A DNA stretch of 33,919 nucleotides from a bacterium (GCA_043811795.1 JBDRMV010000116.1:1-33919); one strand, 5' to 3'; counted from the stretch's first letter, positions 15,015 to 24,262 are shown. Notes: generated from the sequence alone by a model not told the origin. Made by a program: numbers and translations.

Positions 15015-15800
15015 ATGGCTGAAGAAGCAAATTGGAATGTTCCATACGGCAATTTAATGACGATTCTTATGATATTTTTTCTGCTCCTTTACGCTTTTAC
15101 GTTTCTCACGGGCAACGTCAATTACGAAAGAGTCGTCGCTTCGCTTTCCGCCGGTTTCGGAAAAACCACGCCCTTTAAGGAGGTTGCTCTCGCGGAATAC
15201 CTTGAAGATTACTTTTCAAAGAAACAGGGTTTTCTCAGAAAACTTCAGATTGATGCCGACAGAATAAAACTTATTTTCAACATACCGATTTTTTTCAAAA
15301 AAGGGAGCACTGAAATTAAGCCCGCGGCGGTCAAAATTTTGGATGATATCTGTCTGGTGATGCTGGACATACCTAATAACATTATCATAGAGGGTTATTC
15401 GACCGAGGAAGCGGGGCAGAATGAGATGCTTATTTCAGCAGGCAGGGCTTTGGGAATCGGGAAGTTTTTCATTGACAAAGGTATCGACCCGTACAGAATA
15501 GTAATCAAAGGGTGGGGGAGCAGCCGTCCGTTTGCCACCGAATCCGACAGAAAAAACAACATCCTCAACAACAGGGTGGAAATAAGCATTCAGCGCGCCG
15601 TCTCTATCGCAATGCCCCCGACAAGCGAGAAATTACAGAGGATGAAGGAACTCCATTTTTACGGCAATTATTACTACGGGCAGGGGGATATTAAAAAGGC
15701 GGAGGAATATTTCGAGAAAATTCTTGAAATCGACCCCGCTCACTGGAAAGCGAAACAAATGATAAGAAAAATCAAAAAACAAAAAAGGGGTCAGCTCTGA
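15015..15800 (+). CDS. Atypical MotB paralog (Asp->Asn, degenerate OmpA domain, C-terminal TPR)
   Basis: WNVPYGNLMTILMIFF; IEGYST in place of GHTD; ISAGRA; NNRVEI; C-terminal GNYYYGQGDIKKAEEYFEKILEIDPAHWKAK. Confidence 0.8.
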   Translation: MAEEANWNVPYGNLMTILMIFFLLLYAFTFLTGNVNYERVVASLSAGFGKTTPFKEVALAEYLEDYFSKKQGFLRKLQIDADRIKLIFNIPIFFKKGSTEIKPAAVKILDDICLVMLDIPNNIIIEGYSTEEAGQNEMLISAGRALGIGKFFIDKGIDPYRIVIKGWGSSRPFATESDRKNNILNNRVEISIQRAVSIAMPPTSEKLQRMKELHFYGNYYYGQGDIKKAEEYFEKILEIDPAHWKAKQMIRKIKKQKRGQL

Positions 15801-15842
15801 TTTTTTTAATAAGCTGCCTGTGGAAAAAATAGAACTGACCCC
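15787..15842. repeat. GGGGTCAG...CTGACCCC palindromic doublet spanning the gene junction
   Basis: ggggtcagctctgattttttt / aaaaaatagaactgacccc; same core as the IR inside the 12756-12898 MITE. Confidence 0.7.
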
Positions 15843-17319
15843 ATTTTTTCAAATTAATTATAAAAAATTCGGGCTGATAGTTATATTAGCGGTTGCTGCG
15901 GTTTTCTACGCATTGAACCTCAACCTCTATCAGGTGGGGCACATCAACGACGATGCCTACTATGTGAATGCGTCGAGGTGGCTTGCGGGAACCCAGAACG
16001 TCCAGAAACAACTCGGTTTGAGGTCTCTTGGTTTTCCCGTTTTACTCGCGCCTGTCGCGGCATTGTTTCCGGAAAATAATTTTCCGTTCAAGGCGGTTGC
16101 AGCCGGCTTTTATCTTGCGGCCGCCGCCCTGCTTTTTTTTCTGTTTGCGGAAATTCTTGACAAAGAAAAACTGTTGATTTTAACGGCGCTGACGGCGCTG
16201 AATCCGCTGGTCGTCCGTCTCAGCGGCACCGTGATGAGCGAAGGGGCTTTTCTTTTTTTCACAGTCCTTTCCCTTTACCTGCTGGAGAAATGTCTTCAGG
16301 AAGATTTCTCTCTCAAGAGAATTTTTCTAACGGGTTTGTCTGTTTTTTACCTTTCGTTTATCAGACCGGAAGGTTCTGTTTTTTTTATTGCTGTTTTAAT
16401 TTATCTTGCCGTTAAAAGAAGATGGAAAACATCTCTTTATCTGACGTTTTTTTTCCTAATTCTCTTGTGCCCGCTGCTTCTGAATGTTTTCAAACTCGGC
16501 GGGAGCGCCGACAGATACTTTACCGAGTGGTCGTATTGTTTTTTCAGGGGTCACGCTCTTAATCTTATTTTTAGCAATGCGGTTTTTTATTTGAAGGAGT
16601 TTGTTTCGCTTTTCGGGCTTACGGAGGAAATCCGGCTTTCTGCGGGAATTCTTTATTTTGCTCTTGCGGGCGGTATTCTTTTCTTTTGCGGGTTTGGCTT
16701 TTTGATTTGTCCTTCGGGACATACAGCAGGTATTTTAAGGGTTTATATTACACTTTATATTCTGCTCCATATTGTATGGCCGGCCAGGGAAAGCAGGTTT
16801 CTGCTCGGTATAACGCCGTTTGCCGTTTTATTTCTTATTTACGGCCTTGCCGCCGCCGGCAGGAGAGTGATGCTTGCGGCTGTTGCGGTGATTTTGATTT
16901 CATACATTTATCAGGATGTTTTCTTGTGCGGGAAGAAGTTTGACTGGGTAAGTCATGAGACGTTCGGATACGTGAGGGATAAATTTCCGGCGCGGGCGGT
17001 TTTTATTGCGGAGGCGCCGTCGCCGTTTTTCCTCCGGACGGGAAGGAAGGCGTTGCCTCTGTTTCATAGCGCGTCGGCGGCCGATTTCTTTTTTGATTTT
17101 TTGAATAGCGGAGCCGACTACATTATTCTTTTTGATAAAAAAAGTACGGCCCTTTATAAATTCCCGACAATAATCAGCGCCGGAATAGAAAAGACGAGAA
17201 AGTTTGTTATGGACAAGAGGAGGTTCGAGCCCGTTTACGTTAATTCCGAGGAGCGCGCCGTCATTTTCAGGGCAAAAGATGATTTCAAGAGGACGTTTGT
17301 TCATGCCTGCAGTAGATGA
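15820..17319 (+). CDS. GT-C fold glycosyltransferase (ArnT/PMT-like)
   Basis: Polytopic; NDDAYYVNA after TM1; GFPVLLAP, VMSE, IRPEG, RFLL motifs. Confidence 0.75.
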   Translation: MEKIELTPFFQINYKKFGLIVILAVAAVFYALNLNLYQVGHINDDAYYVNASRWLAGTQNVQKQLGLRSLGFPVLLAPVAALFPENNFPFKAVAAGFYLAAAALLFFLFAEILDKEKLLILTALTALNPLVVRLSGTVMSEGAFLFFTVLSLYLLEKCLQEDFSLKRIFLTGLSVFYLSFIRPEGSVFFIAVLIYLAVKRRWKTSLYLTFFFLILLCPLLLNVFKLGGSADRYFTEWSYCFFRGHALNLIFSNAVFYLKEFVSLFGLTEEIRLSAGILYFALAGGILFFCGFGFLICPSGHTAGILRVYITLYILLHIVWPARESRFLLGITPFAVLFLIYGLAAAGRRVMLAAVAVILISYIYQDVFLCGKKFDWVSHETFGYVRDKFPARAVFIAEAPSPFFLRTGRKALPLFHSASAADFFFDFLNSGADYIILFDKKSTALYKFPTIISAGIEKTRKFVMDKRRFEPVYVNSEERAVIFRAKDDFKRTFVHACSR

Positions 17320-19157
17320 AAAAAATTAAACCCGGATTCATATTGTTTGTCATTGTCGCTGCCGCTGCGGTTTTTTATATATTAAACCTTGATTTTTATC
17401 CGATAGGGTATTTCAATGACGATGCTTATTATATAAATGCAGCCAGATGGTTTGCAGGAACACAGATAATACAAAAATTTCTCACCAGCTCCTCGCTGGG
17501 TTTTTCCGTACTGCTTATACCGGTTGCCCGTCTTTTTCCGGAAGTTAATTTCCCGTTCCGCCTGCCGTCCCTTCTCTTTTCTCTCGGCACGCTTATCCTT
17601 TTATATTTTTTCTTAAGGAAAACTCTTGGTAAAAAAATGACTCTGATATTAATATTGCTGACTGCATTTAATCCATGGTTTGTTCTGTTAAGCGGTAGTG
17701 TAATGTCCGAGGCGGCGTTTCTTTTCCTGAGTATTTTATCGTTATATCTTTTTGAAAAATATATGGATAAAAGCAAATTTTCATACGCAGGAATTTTCTT
17801 TATTGCTTTAATTCTTTCTTTTCTTTCATTCGTAAGATCGGAGGGTTTTCTTCTCTTTTTCTGTATTTTGGCATATTTCATCATATCAAAATCCTACAGG
17901 GAAGCCCTTTACCTGACGTTTTTTTTCATTGTCTTAATTTTGCCGGTAAGCAGGTTTAATGTTGAAAACAGTATTGATAGGTATATATTCGGATGGTCAT
18001 ATCCTGTCTTTTCCCTGGATTTTTTAAAACTATTAATCAGGAGTTTTATCTATTATCTGAAGAATCTGACATATACGGTTCTTCTGACGGATTTTATAAG
18101 AACGCAAGCCGGCAATTTTGAAATCATTCCTGCAATCGCCTTTTTCTTCGTTTATATTGCCGGTTTTTTTTACGCTTATTTTAAGAAAATAAATCCGGCA
18201 GTAAAAATATATTTAATTCTTTATCTGGTTTTCCACATTATCTGGCAGGCTCTCTGCGGGCGATATCTAATCGGCGTTCTTCCGTTTTTGATACTTTTGT
18301 TTTTAAGCGGTGTGAAACATTTTGGAGAAAAAGCGGTTTTTGCTGTCAGCGGTATTATTTTTACTCTTTTTATAACACAGGATGTTCTTATGATAAGGCA
18401 GAAGAGTCCGCCTTTAGATCCTGAAACTTTTTCCTTTATAAGAGAAAATACTTCCCCCTCTGCAATTTTTGTTTCAAACTATTCTTCCCGGTTTTTTCTT
18501 TATGCCGGAAAAAAAGTATATAAATTACCTTCTCATAAATCTTGTGATGATTATTTTAATGCAATTTTAAAAACCGGAGCCAAATATATCGTCCTTTTTG
18601 ACGCAAGTAATTTAATAACTAATTATGATTTTCCAAACGCAGCATTCGGCCCGAATCGCAGGACGGAGAAATTTGTAAAAGATAAAAAGAGGTTTGAAGT
18701 TTTTTATGTGAATCCCCGGGAAAGAGCCGTTATTTTCAAGGTTAAGGAAGATTTTAAGAAAAAATTCCTTTCTTCGTGCAGGTTAGCGTCAAGAGGCACT
18801 GAAATGCTGTGGCAGGGAAAGCATGGAGAGGCAGAGATGTATTTTCTGGATGCAAAAAAAGAAAACCCGTATATACCGGCGGTGATAAACAATTTTGCTT
18901 TGCTGTACATTGAGCAGAAACGCCTTGATGAAGCCGAAATAATTTTACTGGAAGGGATTAAAAATACGGAAAATTCCCCTATTCTTTATGCGCTGCTCGG
19001 TAAACTTTATAAATTGAAGGGTGATTCGGAGAACTCGGAAAAGAATTACATGAAAGCGGTTAAAATATCAAGGGAATTATATGACAGGGCATCGGAGAAA
19101 TTGGCGCTGGACGAATTGAATAATCTGCCGGTAATGAAAGAAGATGAAGAAAATTAA
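17316..19157 (+). CDS. GT-C fold glycosyltransferase paralog with C-terminal TPRs
   Basis: NDDAYYINA, VMSE, VRSEG; collinear with the previous gene plus a TPR tail (NNFALLYIEQKRLDEA, YALLGKLY). Confidence 0.75.
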   Translation: MKKIKPGFILFVIVAAAAVFYILNLDFYPIGYFNDDAYYINAARWFAGTQIIQKFLTSSSLGFSVLLIPVARLFPEVNFPFRLPSLLFSLGTLILLYFFLRKTLGKKMTLILILLTAFNPWFVLLSGSVMSEAAFLFLSILSLYLFEKYMDKSKFSYAGIFFIALILSFLSFVRSEGFLLFFCILAYFIISKSYREALYLTFFFIVLILPVSRFNVENSIDRYIFGWSYPVFSLDFLKLLIRSFIYYLKNLTYTVLLTDFIRTQAGNFEIIPAIAFFFVYIAGFFYAYFKKINPAVKIYLILYLVFHIIWQALCGRYLIGVLPFLILLFLSGVKHFGEKAVFAVSGIIFTLFITQDVLMIRQKSPPLDPETFSFIRENTSPSAIFVSNYSSRFFLYAGKKVYKLPSHKSCDDYFNAILKTGAKYIVLFDASNLITNYDFPNAAFGPNRRTEKFVKDKKRFEVFYVNPRERAVIFKVKEDFKKKFLSSCRLASRGTEMLWQGKHGEAEMYFLDAKKENPYIPAVINNFALLYIEQKRLDEAEIILLEGIKNTENSPILYALLGKLYKLKGDSENSEKNYMKAVKISRELYDRASEKLALDELNNLPVMKEDEEN

Positions 19158-19221
19158 ATCCGGATTCATGCTGTTTGTCATTAGCGGCGGATACGGAGGA
19201 TACGGAAAGGAGGTAAAATAA
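19144..19221 (+). pseudogene. Stub of a third GT-C copy
   Basis: atgaagaaaattaaatccggattcatgctgtttgtcatt matches the first 39 nt of the 17316 gene with 4 mismatches, then diverges and stops after 25 codons. Confidence 0.6.
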
Positions 19222-19229
19222 AATTTACA

Positions 19230-19925
19230 TTGCTGATGCCTACGCGTAATGAGATTGAAGGGTTAAAGGAAATCATGCCGCGGGTCAAAAAAGAATGGAT
19301 AGACCAGATTATTGTTATAGATGCGAATTCTACCGATGGCACGATAGAATATGCCAGGGAACATAACTATACGCTGGTATTGGAGAAACGCCCGGGCGGG
19401 GTCAGGTATGCCCTGCCGGAAGTAATGGATAGGATAAAGGGAGACGTGGTTATAACTTTCAGCCCTGATGGGAACTGTATCCCGGAACTTATTCCCGATT
19501 TAATAAAAAAAATGGAGGAAGGGTATGATATGGTTATTGTTTCCCGTTATGCTGCAGGGGCGAAAAGCTATGACGACAGTATTATAACTGCTTTCGGGAA
19601 CTGGTTATTTACGACGTCCATTAATATACTTCACGGCGGCAGATATACTGATACGATGGGTATCTTCCGCGCTTATAAAGCGAACCTTTTCAGGGATTTG
19701 GAACTGGATAAAGACGGGGGCTATTCAATGGCAGAGAAAATATTTCGCATAAATGTGGGCTGGGAACCTCTTTTATCAGTCAGAGCCGCCAAGAGGGAAT
19801 TAAAGATTGCGGAAATTCCGGGCGATGAGCCTGCGAGGTCGGGCGGAAAGTCAAAATTGAGAATATTCAGGCACGGTGCGGCGCACCTTTTTCAGGTTTT
19901 TTGGGAGGTATTTTTCTGGCGGTAA
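19230..19925 (+). CDS. GT2 glycosyltransferase (Dpm1-like polyprenyl-phosphate sugar synthase)
   Basis: PTRNE, IIVIDANSTDGT, GYDMVIVSR, YTD...FRAY, EIP...R.GGKSKL; the true start may be ATA at 19218. Confidence 0.8.
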   Translation: MLMPTRNEIEGLKEIMPRVKKEWIDQIIVIDANSTDGTIEYAREHNYTLVLEKRPGGVRYALPEVMDRIKGDVVITFSPDGNCIPELIPDLIKKMEEGYDMVIVSRYAAGAKSYDDSIITAFGNWLFTTSINILHGGRYTDTMGIFRAYKANLFRDLELDKDGGYSMAEKIFRINVGWEPLLSVRAAKRELKIAEIPGDEPARSGGKSKLRIFRHGAAHLFQVFWEVFFWR

Positions 19926-19936
19926 GCAAATGGGGC

Positions 19937-19965
19937 TTGACAAATGTACAAATTCAAACTAAAAT
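19937..19965 (+). promoter_or_regulatory. Sigma70-type promoter for the pilin gene
   Basis: TTGACA-17 bp-TAAAAT. Confidence 0.75.
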
Positions 19966-20002
19966 ATGATGACTCAACTTGAGCAAAAAGGGGGTGAGTA
20001 AA

Positions 20003-20452
20003 ATGAAGAAGAAAGGTTTTACGCTGATTGAACTAATGATTGTCGTTGCAATTATCGGTATTTTATCGGCGGTTGCCATTCCAAGATTCGCCAGCATGAT
20101 TCAGAAAGCGAACGAGGCGGCATGCAAGGGAAACCTCGGAGCTATCAAGAGTGCCGTGTCTCTCTACTACGGCGATCAGGAAGGGCTGTATCCGCAGGAG
20201 GACTTTGACGTCACCAACAGCGCGTTTCTTCCCACCTACATCGCTGATATGCCCACTTGTAAGCCGGGAGACGGCACGAGCAGTGCTGCTACTCTAACTC
20301 AAACCGATGGCTCTGTCCCCATCGTGGCGACAGCGGCAGGCGGCTGGTGGTACAACATGGGCTCGACAAATCCCGGTGGAACTTATGCCGGTGATGTCCG
20401 CGTTAACTCAACGGCCACGGACACGAAGAATGTTTACCTTAGCGCGTGGTAA
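20003..20452 (+). CDS. Type IV (major) pilin
   Basis: MKKKG|FTLIELMIVVAIIGILSAVAIP class III signal with E5; own promoter and terminator; Thr/Ser-rich head. Confidence 0.9.
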   Translation: MKKKGFTLIELMIVVAIIGILSAVAIPRFASMIQKANEAACKGNLGAIKSAVSLYYGDQEGLYPQEDFDVTNSAFLPTYIADMPTCKPGDGTSSAATLTQTDGSVPIVATAAGGWWYNMGSTNPGGTYAGDVRVNSTATDTKNVYLSAW

Positions 20453-20471
20453 GTGTAGATTGAGTTTTTTT

Positions 20472-20508
20472 TCAGGGGCAGGTGCAAACCTGCCCCTGAT
20501 TTTTTTTT
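20472..20508 (+). terminator. Rho-independent terminator
   Basis: 12-bp stem tcaggggcaggt/acctgcccctga followed by T9. Confidence 0.9.
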
Positions 20509-20583
20509 AGCAATTCTTTTTGTTTCTCATGTTCTTCCTTTTTCAGGGAATAGCCATTTTGTGCAATCTCATGGTTTCTTAAA

Positions 20584-22563
20584 ATGATTAGTATCTCCCT
20601 TATCAGGTATTTATTGTTTTCTGTGCTTTTACTGGCGCCATTTTTTAACGGCTTGAAAGATACTCTTCCTCTTTTTATTTTTGAAACGGCGGTTTTTATC
20701 ATATTTTTTATGTTTGTAAAATTTTCTACTATTAAGAAAACTGCTCTTGATACGCCCATATTGCTATTTTTCACATTTATACTATTTTCTGCATTCACTA
20801 CTTATTATCTGAATTCATCGATAACCGTTATTTTTATGCTGATTTCATTCTGTCTTTTGTTTTATGTCACAGTATCCGTCTATGATGAACAGTTTCAAAA
20901 ATATTTTTATTACGGGTTCATTGCGGTTTCCTTCATAATTTCCGTAATTATACTGGTTCAGTTTATTTGCGGAAAGGCGCCGAAAGCAACTTTCCCCAAT
21001 CAAAACTTAGCAGCAGGTTATATTGCCTGTGCTGCAACATTTGTTTTTTCACTTCTGGTTTTTAATGCCGGAAATCTTAAATCAAAAATGGCGCTCTTTA
21101 TTTTTTACCTGTTTGCAATTGCAGCGACACATTCAAGGGGCGGACTTTTTGCTTTATTGTGCGGTATTGCTGTTGTATTTTTCTTGAAATTCAAAAAATG
21201 GGGGAGCGTAATTTTTATCGTAATGTTTCTGGTTGCCTTTATATCGATTCCAAAAAAGACGCTGATAAAGTTCGCTAAAATTGACAGCGGAGATGCTTAT
21301 GCGCTAAAACGAATTGCCGTATGGAAATCGGCGGTCGATATAATAAGAGAAAAACCAATTTCAGGAACAGGGCCGGGTAATTTTGAATTTTTATTTTACA
21401 AATACAATTTTCCTGCGGAGACCTCAATAACAAGATATGGGAAATCGGCGAGATTTGCGCATAATGAATTCCTGCAGATTGCCGCCGAAGGCGGGATTTT
21501 TACTTTTTTTGCTTTTATATGGATTGCTGCAATTATCTTCAAAAATGGTCTCAGAACCCCGTCAATAACTCTACCGGCTCTATCCGCGATAATAGGCCAT
21601 TCGCTTGTTGATTTCAATCTGCACCTTCCCGCCACAACAATTCTGACGATATTTCTGGCAGCCGATATTTTTTACGAAAAATCTGATAAAAACAGGAAGC
21701 TGAATCCGGGATATGTCAGGATAATTTTGATAACATTACTGGTTTTTAATTTGTTTAATTTTTTTTACAAGCCATTTGATGCCCAAAAATACAAAGGAAT
21801 TGCCGATAAACTTATACAGGAGAAACCCGAACAGGCACTCAAAATTTATGAAAAAGCGGCAAAATTTTCACCAAACGACTTTGAAATAAGACGAATTATG
21901 GGTGAATTATTTTATACAAAAGGCAGCAGAACCAAAGCGATTGAAAACCTTAAAATGTCAATTGAATTGAATCCCCATAGCCCTTTTTCCGTTATGTCTC
22001 TCGCTAAGGTTTATTATGATGCTGATGAATTTAATAAGGCAGCGTTTTACCTTCGTAAAGCAATAGATATTGAGCCGAACTATCTTTTAGCAAAATTTTT
22101 CTTCGCAAAAACAAATGAAAAACAGGGGAAAGTTGAACGAGCAGTGGAAGAATATAAAGATATTATTAAAATAAACAAAATTTTTGAGAACAGAACTTTT
22201 TCATCCAACTATGAAAAAACACTGTTTCGGATTGATATGTCCGTTGTTTATAATTCGCTGGGTTTTCTTTATATGAATAGCGGTGGATTCAGGAACGCTA
22301 TTTTCAATTACAATAAATCAATTGAAATAAACCCGTCAAATGCGGAAGCGCATTCAAATCTGGCTTCCGTTTATTATATCAAAAAGGACTATAAATCCGC
22401 GCTAAAACATGCCAATCTTTCTGCGCATTATGAAAGCGAAGAACCTTTGCGCTTAAAAAATCTCATTTTAATACACCGGAAACTTGGCAATAAAAAAGAA
22501 ATAGCGAAATTGAAAAAGAAAATGGAAAATCTTGAAAAAAGAAGATATGCCAAAGAGAAATAA
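20584..22563 (+). CDS. O-antigen-ligase (Wzy_C) family protein with TPRs; probable protein O-oligosaccharyltransferase
   Basis: TFPNQN, THSRGG, R..VW, GTGPGNF, AHNEFLQIAAEGG, HSLVDFNLH; C-terminal TPRs; lies directly after the pilin. Confidence 0.8.
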   Translation: MISISLIRYLLFSVLLLAPFFNGLKDTLPLFIFETAVFIIFFMFVKFSTIKKTALDTPILLFFTFILFSAFTTYYLNSSITVIFMLISFCLLFYVTVSVYDEQFQKYFYYGFIAVSFIISVIILVQFICGKAPKATFPNQNLAAGYIACAATFVFSLLVFNAGNLKSKMALFIFYLFAIAATHSRGGLFALLCGIAVVFFLKFKKWGSVIFIVMFLVAFISIPKKTLIKFAKIDSGDAYALKRIAVWKSAVDIIREKPISGTGPGNFEFLFYKYNFPAETSITRYGKSARFAHNEFLQIAAEGGIFTFFAFIWIAAIIFKNGLRTPSITLPALSAIIGHSLVDFNLHLPATTILTIFLAADIFYEKSDKNRKLNPGYVRIILITLLVFNLFNFFYKPFDAQKYKGIADKLIQEKPEQALKIYEKAAKFSPNDFEIRRIMGELFYTKGSRTKAIENLKMSIELNPHSPFSVMSLAKVYYDADEFNKAAFYLRKAIDIEPNYLLAKFFFAKTNEKQGKVERAVEEYKDIIKINKIFENRTFSSNYEKTLFRIDMSVVYNSLGFLYMNSGGFRNAIFNYNKSIEINPSNAEAHSNLASVYYIKKDYKSALKHANLSAHYESEEPLRLKNLILIHRKLGNKKEIAKLKKKMENLEKRRYAKEK

Positions 22564-22640
22564 AATCCGGATAATTTTTATGCCGTTTATTGTAAATTTA
22601 CGAGAAGCCCCGGGTCTACTGACTTTTACGGGAGGCTATT

Positions 22641-22669
22641 TTGACTCAATGACAAAATTATATTAACAT
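22641..22669 (+). promoter_or_regulatory. Probable sigma70 promoter for hicB
   Basis: TTGACT-17 bp-TAACAT, then ggagg RBS. Confidence 0.5.
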
Positions 22670-22686
22670 ATACAAAGGGAGGAAAA

Positions 22687-23016
22687 ATGATTAGACCAAA
22701 GTTTGAAGGAAAGCTAAAAGTTCTTTTGCTCAAAGGCCTCGCAGAAGAAAATACTGTTGCGTATTGTCCTTCCCTTGAACTTTCCACCTGTGGAAGCTCC
22801 TCCGCAGAGGCAAGAAAAAATTTCCTCGTAGCGTTGCGAATTTATCTTAAAGAAACCATTAAACACGGAACACCGGAGAAATATCTTATTAAATTGGGAT
22901 GGAAAGTAAACGCTTTAAATTTGACAATGATTCCTCCGCGTGAGAAATCATATAAAAACATTCCGCTTCACCTTTTAAATAAAGTTGAAATACAGTTGCC
23001 TTCAAAGTACAAATGA
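22687..23016 (+). CDS. hicB: HicB-like antitoxin
   Basis: VAYCPSLELSTCGSSSAEARKNFLVALRIYL (HicB partial RNase H fold); ATGA-coupled to a hicA remnant. Confidence 0.7.
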   Translation: MIRPKFEGKLKVLLLKGLAEENTVAYCPSLELSTCGSSSAEARKNFLVALRIYLKETIKHGTPEKYLIKLGWKVNALNLTMIPPREKSYKNIPLHLLNKVEIQLPSKYK

Positions 23017-23319
23017 GTCGCCTGACTCCGCTTCACCGGCGAAAAATTGAAAAAGTAATATTGCGTTTTGGCTGTAAATATATCGGGCAGGAAGGTTCTC
23101 ACAGAATAAGTATTCAGTCAAATACGTCATTGCGAGGAGTCCGCCTCAGGCGGATGACGTGGCAATCCCCTGCGGGGAGTACCTAAAGGTAGGCTGCGCA
23201 CGCTCCGCACTCTCGAGATTGCTTCTCCGCCTGCGGCGGATCGCAATGACACGGAGTTCACTGAACATTTAAAACTTTTGAATGTGAGCAGTAAGGAATT
23301 TTACCGTTATATAAAGTAG
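23013..23319 (+). pseudogene. hicA: Disrupted HicA toxin
   Basis: MSRLTPLHRRKIEKVILRFGCKYIGQEGSHRI (GSH motif), interrupted at ~23109; C-terminal KLLNVSSKEFYRYIK* at 23272-23319. Confidence 0.7.
23109..23269. mobile_element. Palindromic MITE (RPE-like GTCATTGCGAG...TCGCAATGAC core)
   Basis: Imperfect TIR agtattcagtcaa/ttcactgaacatt flanked by TA; inner gtcattgcga (23126)/tcgcaatgac (to 23250); gcaatc/gattgc. Confidence 0.75.
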
Positions 23320-23326
23320 TTTTATA

Positions 23327-24091
23327 ATGATTTTTTTTGTCTTTATCATCGGGCTTGTCTTCGGTTCGTTTGCGAATGTGCTTATTTATAGAATGCCCCT
23401 CGGGAAATCAGTCGTTTTGCCGCGGTCTTTCTGTCCCGCCTGCGCCGGAACAATTTTATGGTATGACAATATACCGCTCGTAAGTTTCATTCTCCTGAAA
23501 AGACGCTGCAGGTTCTGCGGAGCAAAGATTTCCGCGCAGTATCCGCTTGTAGAATTATTCACGGGGCTGGTTTTCGCGTGTATATTTTATTTTTTCGGTT
23601 TCACAACGACCGCTCTGATTCTGGTAATCATTTCTTTCCACACGATTGCAATTTCGCTCATTGATTTCAAGCACGGAATAATTCCGGACGAATTGAATCT
23701 GTCGCTTTTTGTTTTGGGGGTTATAATTCCGGGCCCGTTTTTTAGGGGGGCTTTCTGGAAAATGCCGCTTTATTCCGTTTCCGCCGGGCTTTCCGCCGGG
23801 CTCGTTCTGTTTCTGATAGCGGTTATTTTTTCGCGCCTTTTCAAGCAGGAAGCGATGGGTATGGGGGATGTGAAACTGATTGCCGCTCTTGCCGCTTTCA
23901 CGGGGTTTCCGTCGATATTCTGGCTGATTTTTCTTTCGTCGGTCTTCGGTTCGATTGTCGGTATCGTAGTAAAAATAATAAAGAGAGAGAAGGGTTTTAC
24001 CAAAATTGCATTCGGCCCATATCTTTGTCTCGCCGCGATTTTTTATGTTTTGTTCTCGGAGCATCTGCCGGCTCTTTTATTATTCGGATAA
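23327..24091 (+). CDS. pilD: Prepilin peptidase/N-methyltransferase
   Basis: GSFANVLIYRMP, RSFCPAC, CRFC, ID...IIPD, MGMGDVKL, FGPYL. Confidence 0.93.
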   Translation: MIFFVFIIGLVFGSFANVLIYRMPLGKSVVLPRSFCPACAGTILWYDNIPLVSFILLKRRCRFCGAKISAQYPLVELFTGLVFACIFYFFGFTTTALILVIISFHTIAISLIDFKHGIIPDELNLSLFVLGVIIPGPFFRGAFWKMPLYSVSAGLSAGLVLFLIAVIFSRLFKQEAMGMGDVKLIAALAAFTGFPSIFWLIFLSSVFGSIVGIVVKIIKREKGFTKIAFGPYLCLAAIFYVLFSEHLPALLLFG

Positions 24092-24106
24092 AATTTATAC
24101 AACCAG

Positions 24107-24262
24107 TTCTAAAAATCAGTTTTTCACTAGACGAGAAATTTTTAACGGAGAAAAAATTTAAAATTACATAACTCACTCGCTGCGCTCGTTCAAACAAATG
24201 CAATTTCTGAACGATTTTTTCTCCTAAATTTCTCTATATCGTTTCAAAACTGATTTTTAGAA
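24107..24262. mobile_element. AT-rich nested inverted-repeat element (MITE-like)
   Basis: Perfect 17-bp IR ttctaaaaatcagtttt/aaaactgatttttagaa, with inner pairs gagaaattt/aaatttctc and ggagaaaaaa/ttttttctcc. Confidence 0.7.

Noticed and set aside
9647-15800. Ordinary flagellar operon
   Set aside because: No fliE/H/I/M/N, flh, flg or fliC genes are in the window and FliG is membrane-fused. A flagellum elsewhere in the genome cannot be excluded.
20003-22563. Specific TfpO/PilO assignment for the ligase-like gene
   Set aside because: TfpO modifies a C-terminal Ser, but this pilin ends in LSAW, so only a general OTase/ligase call is supported.
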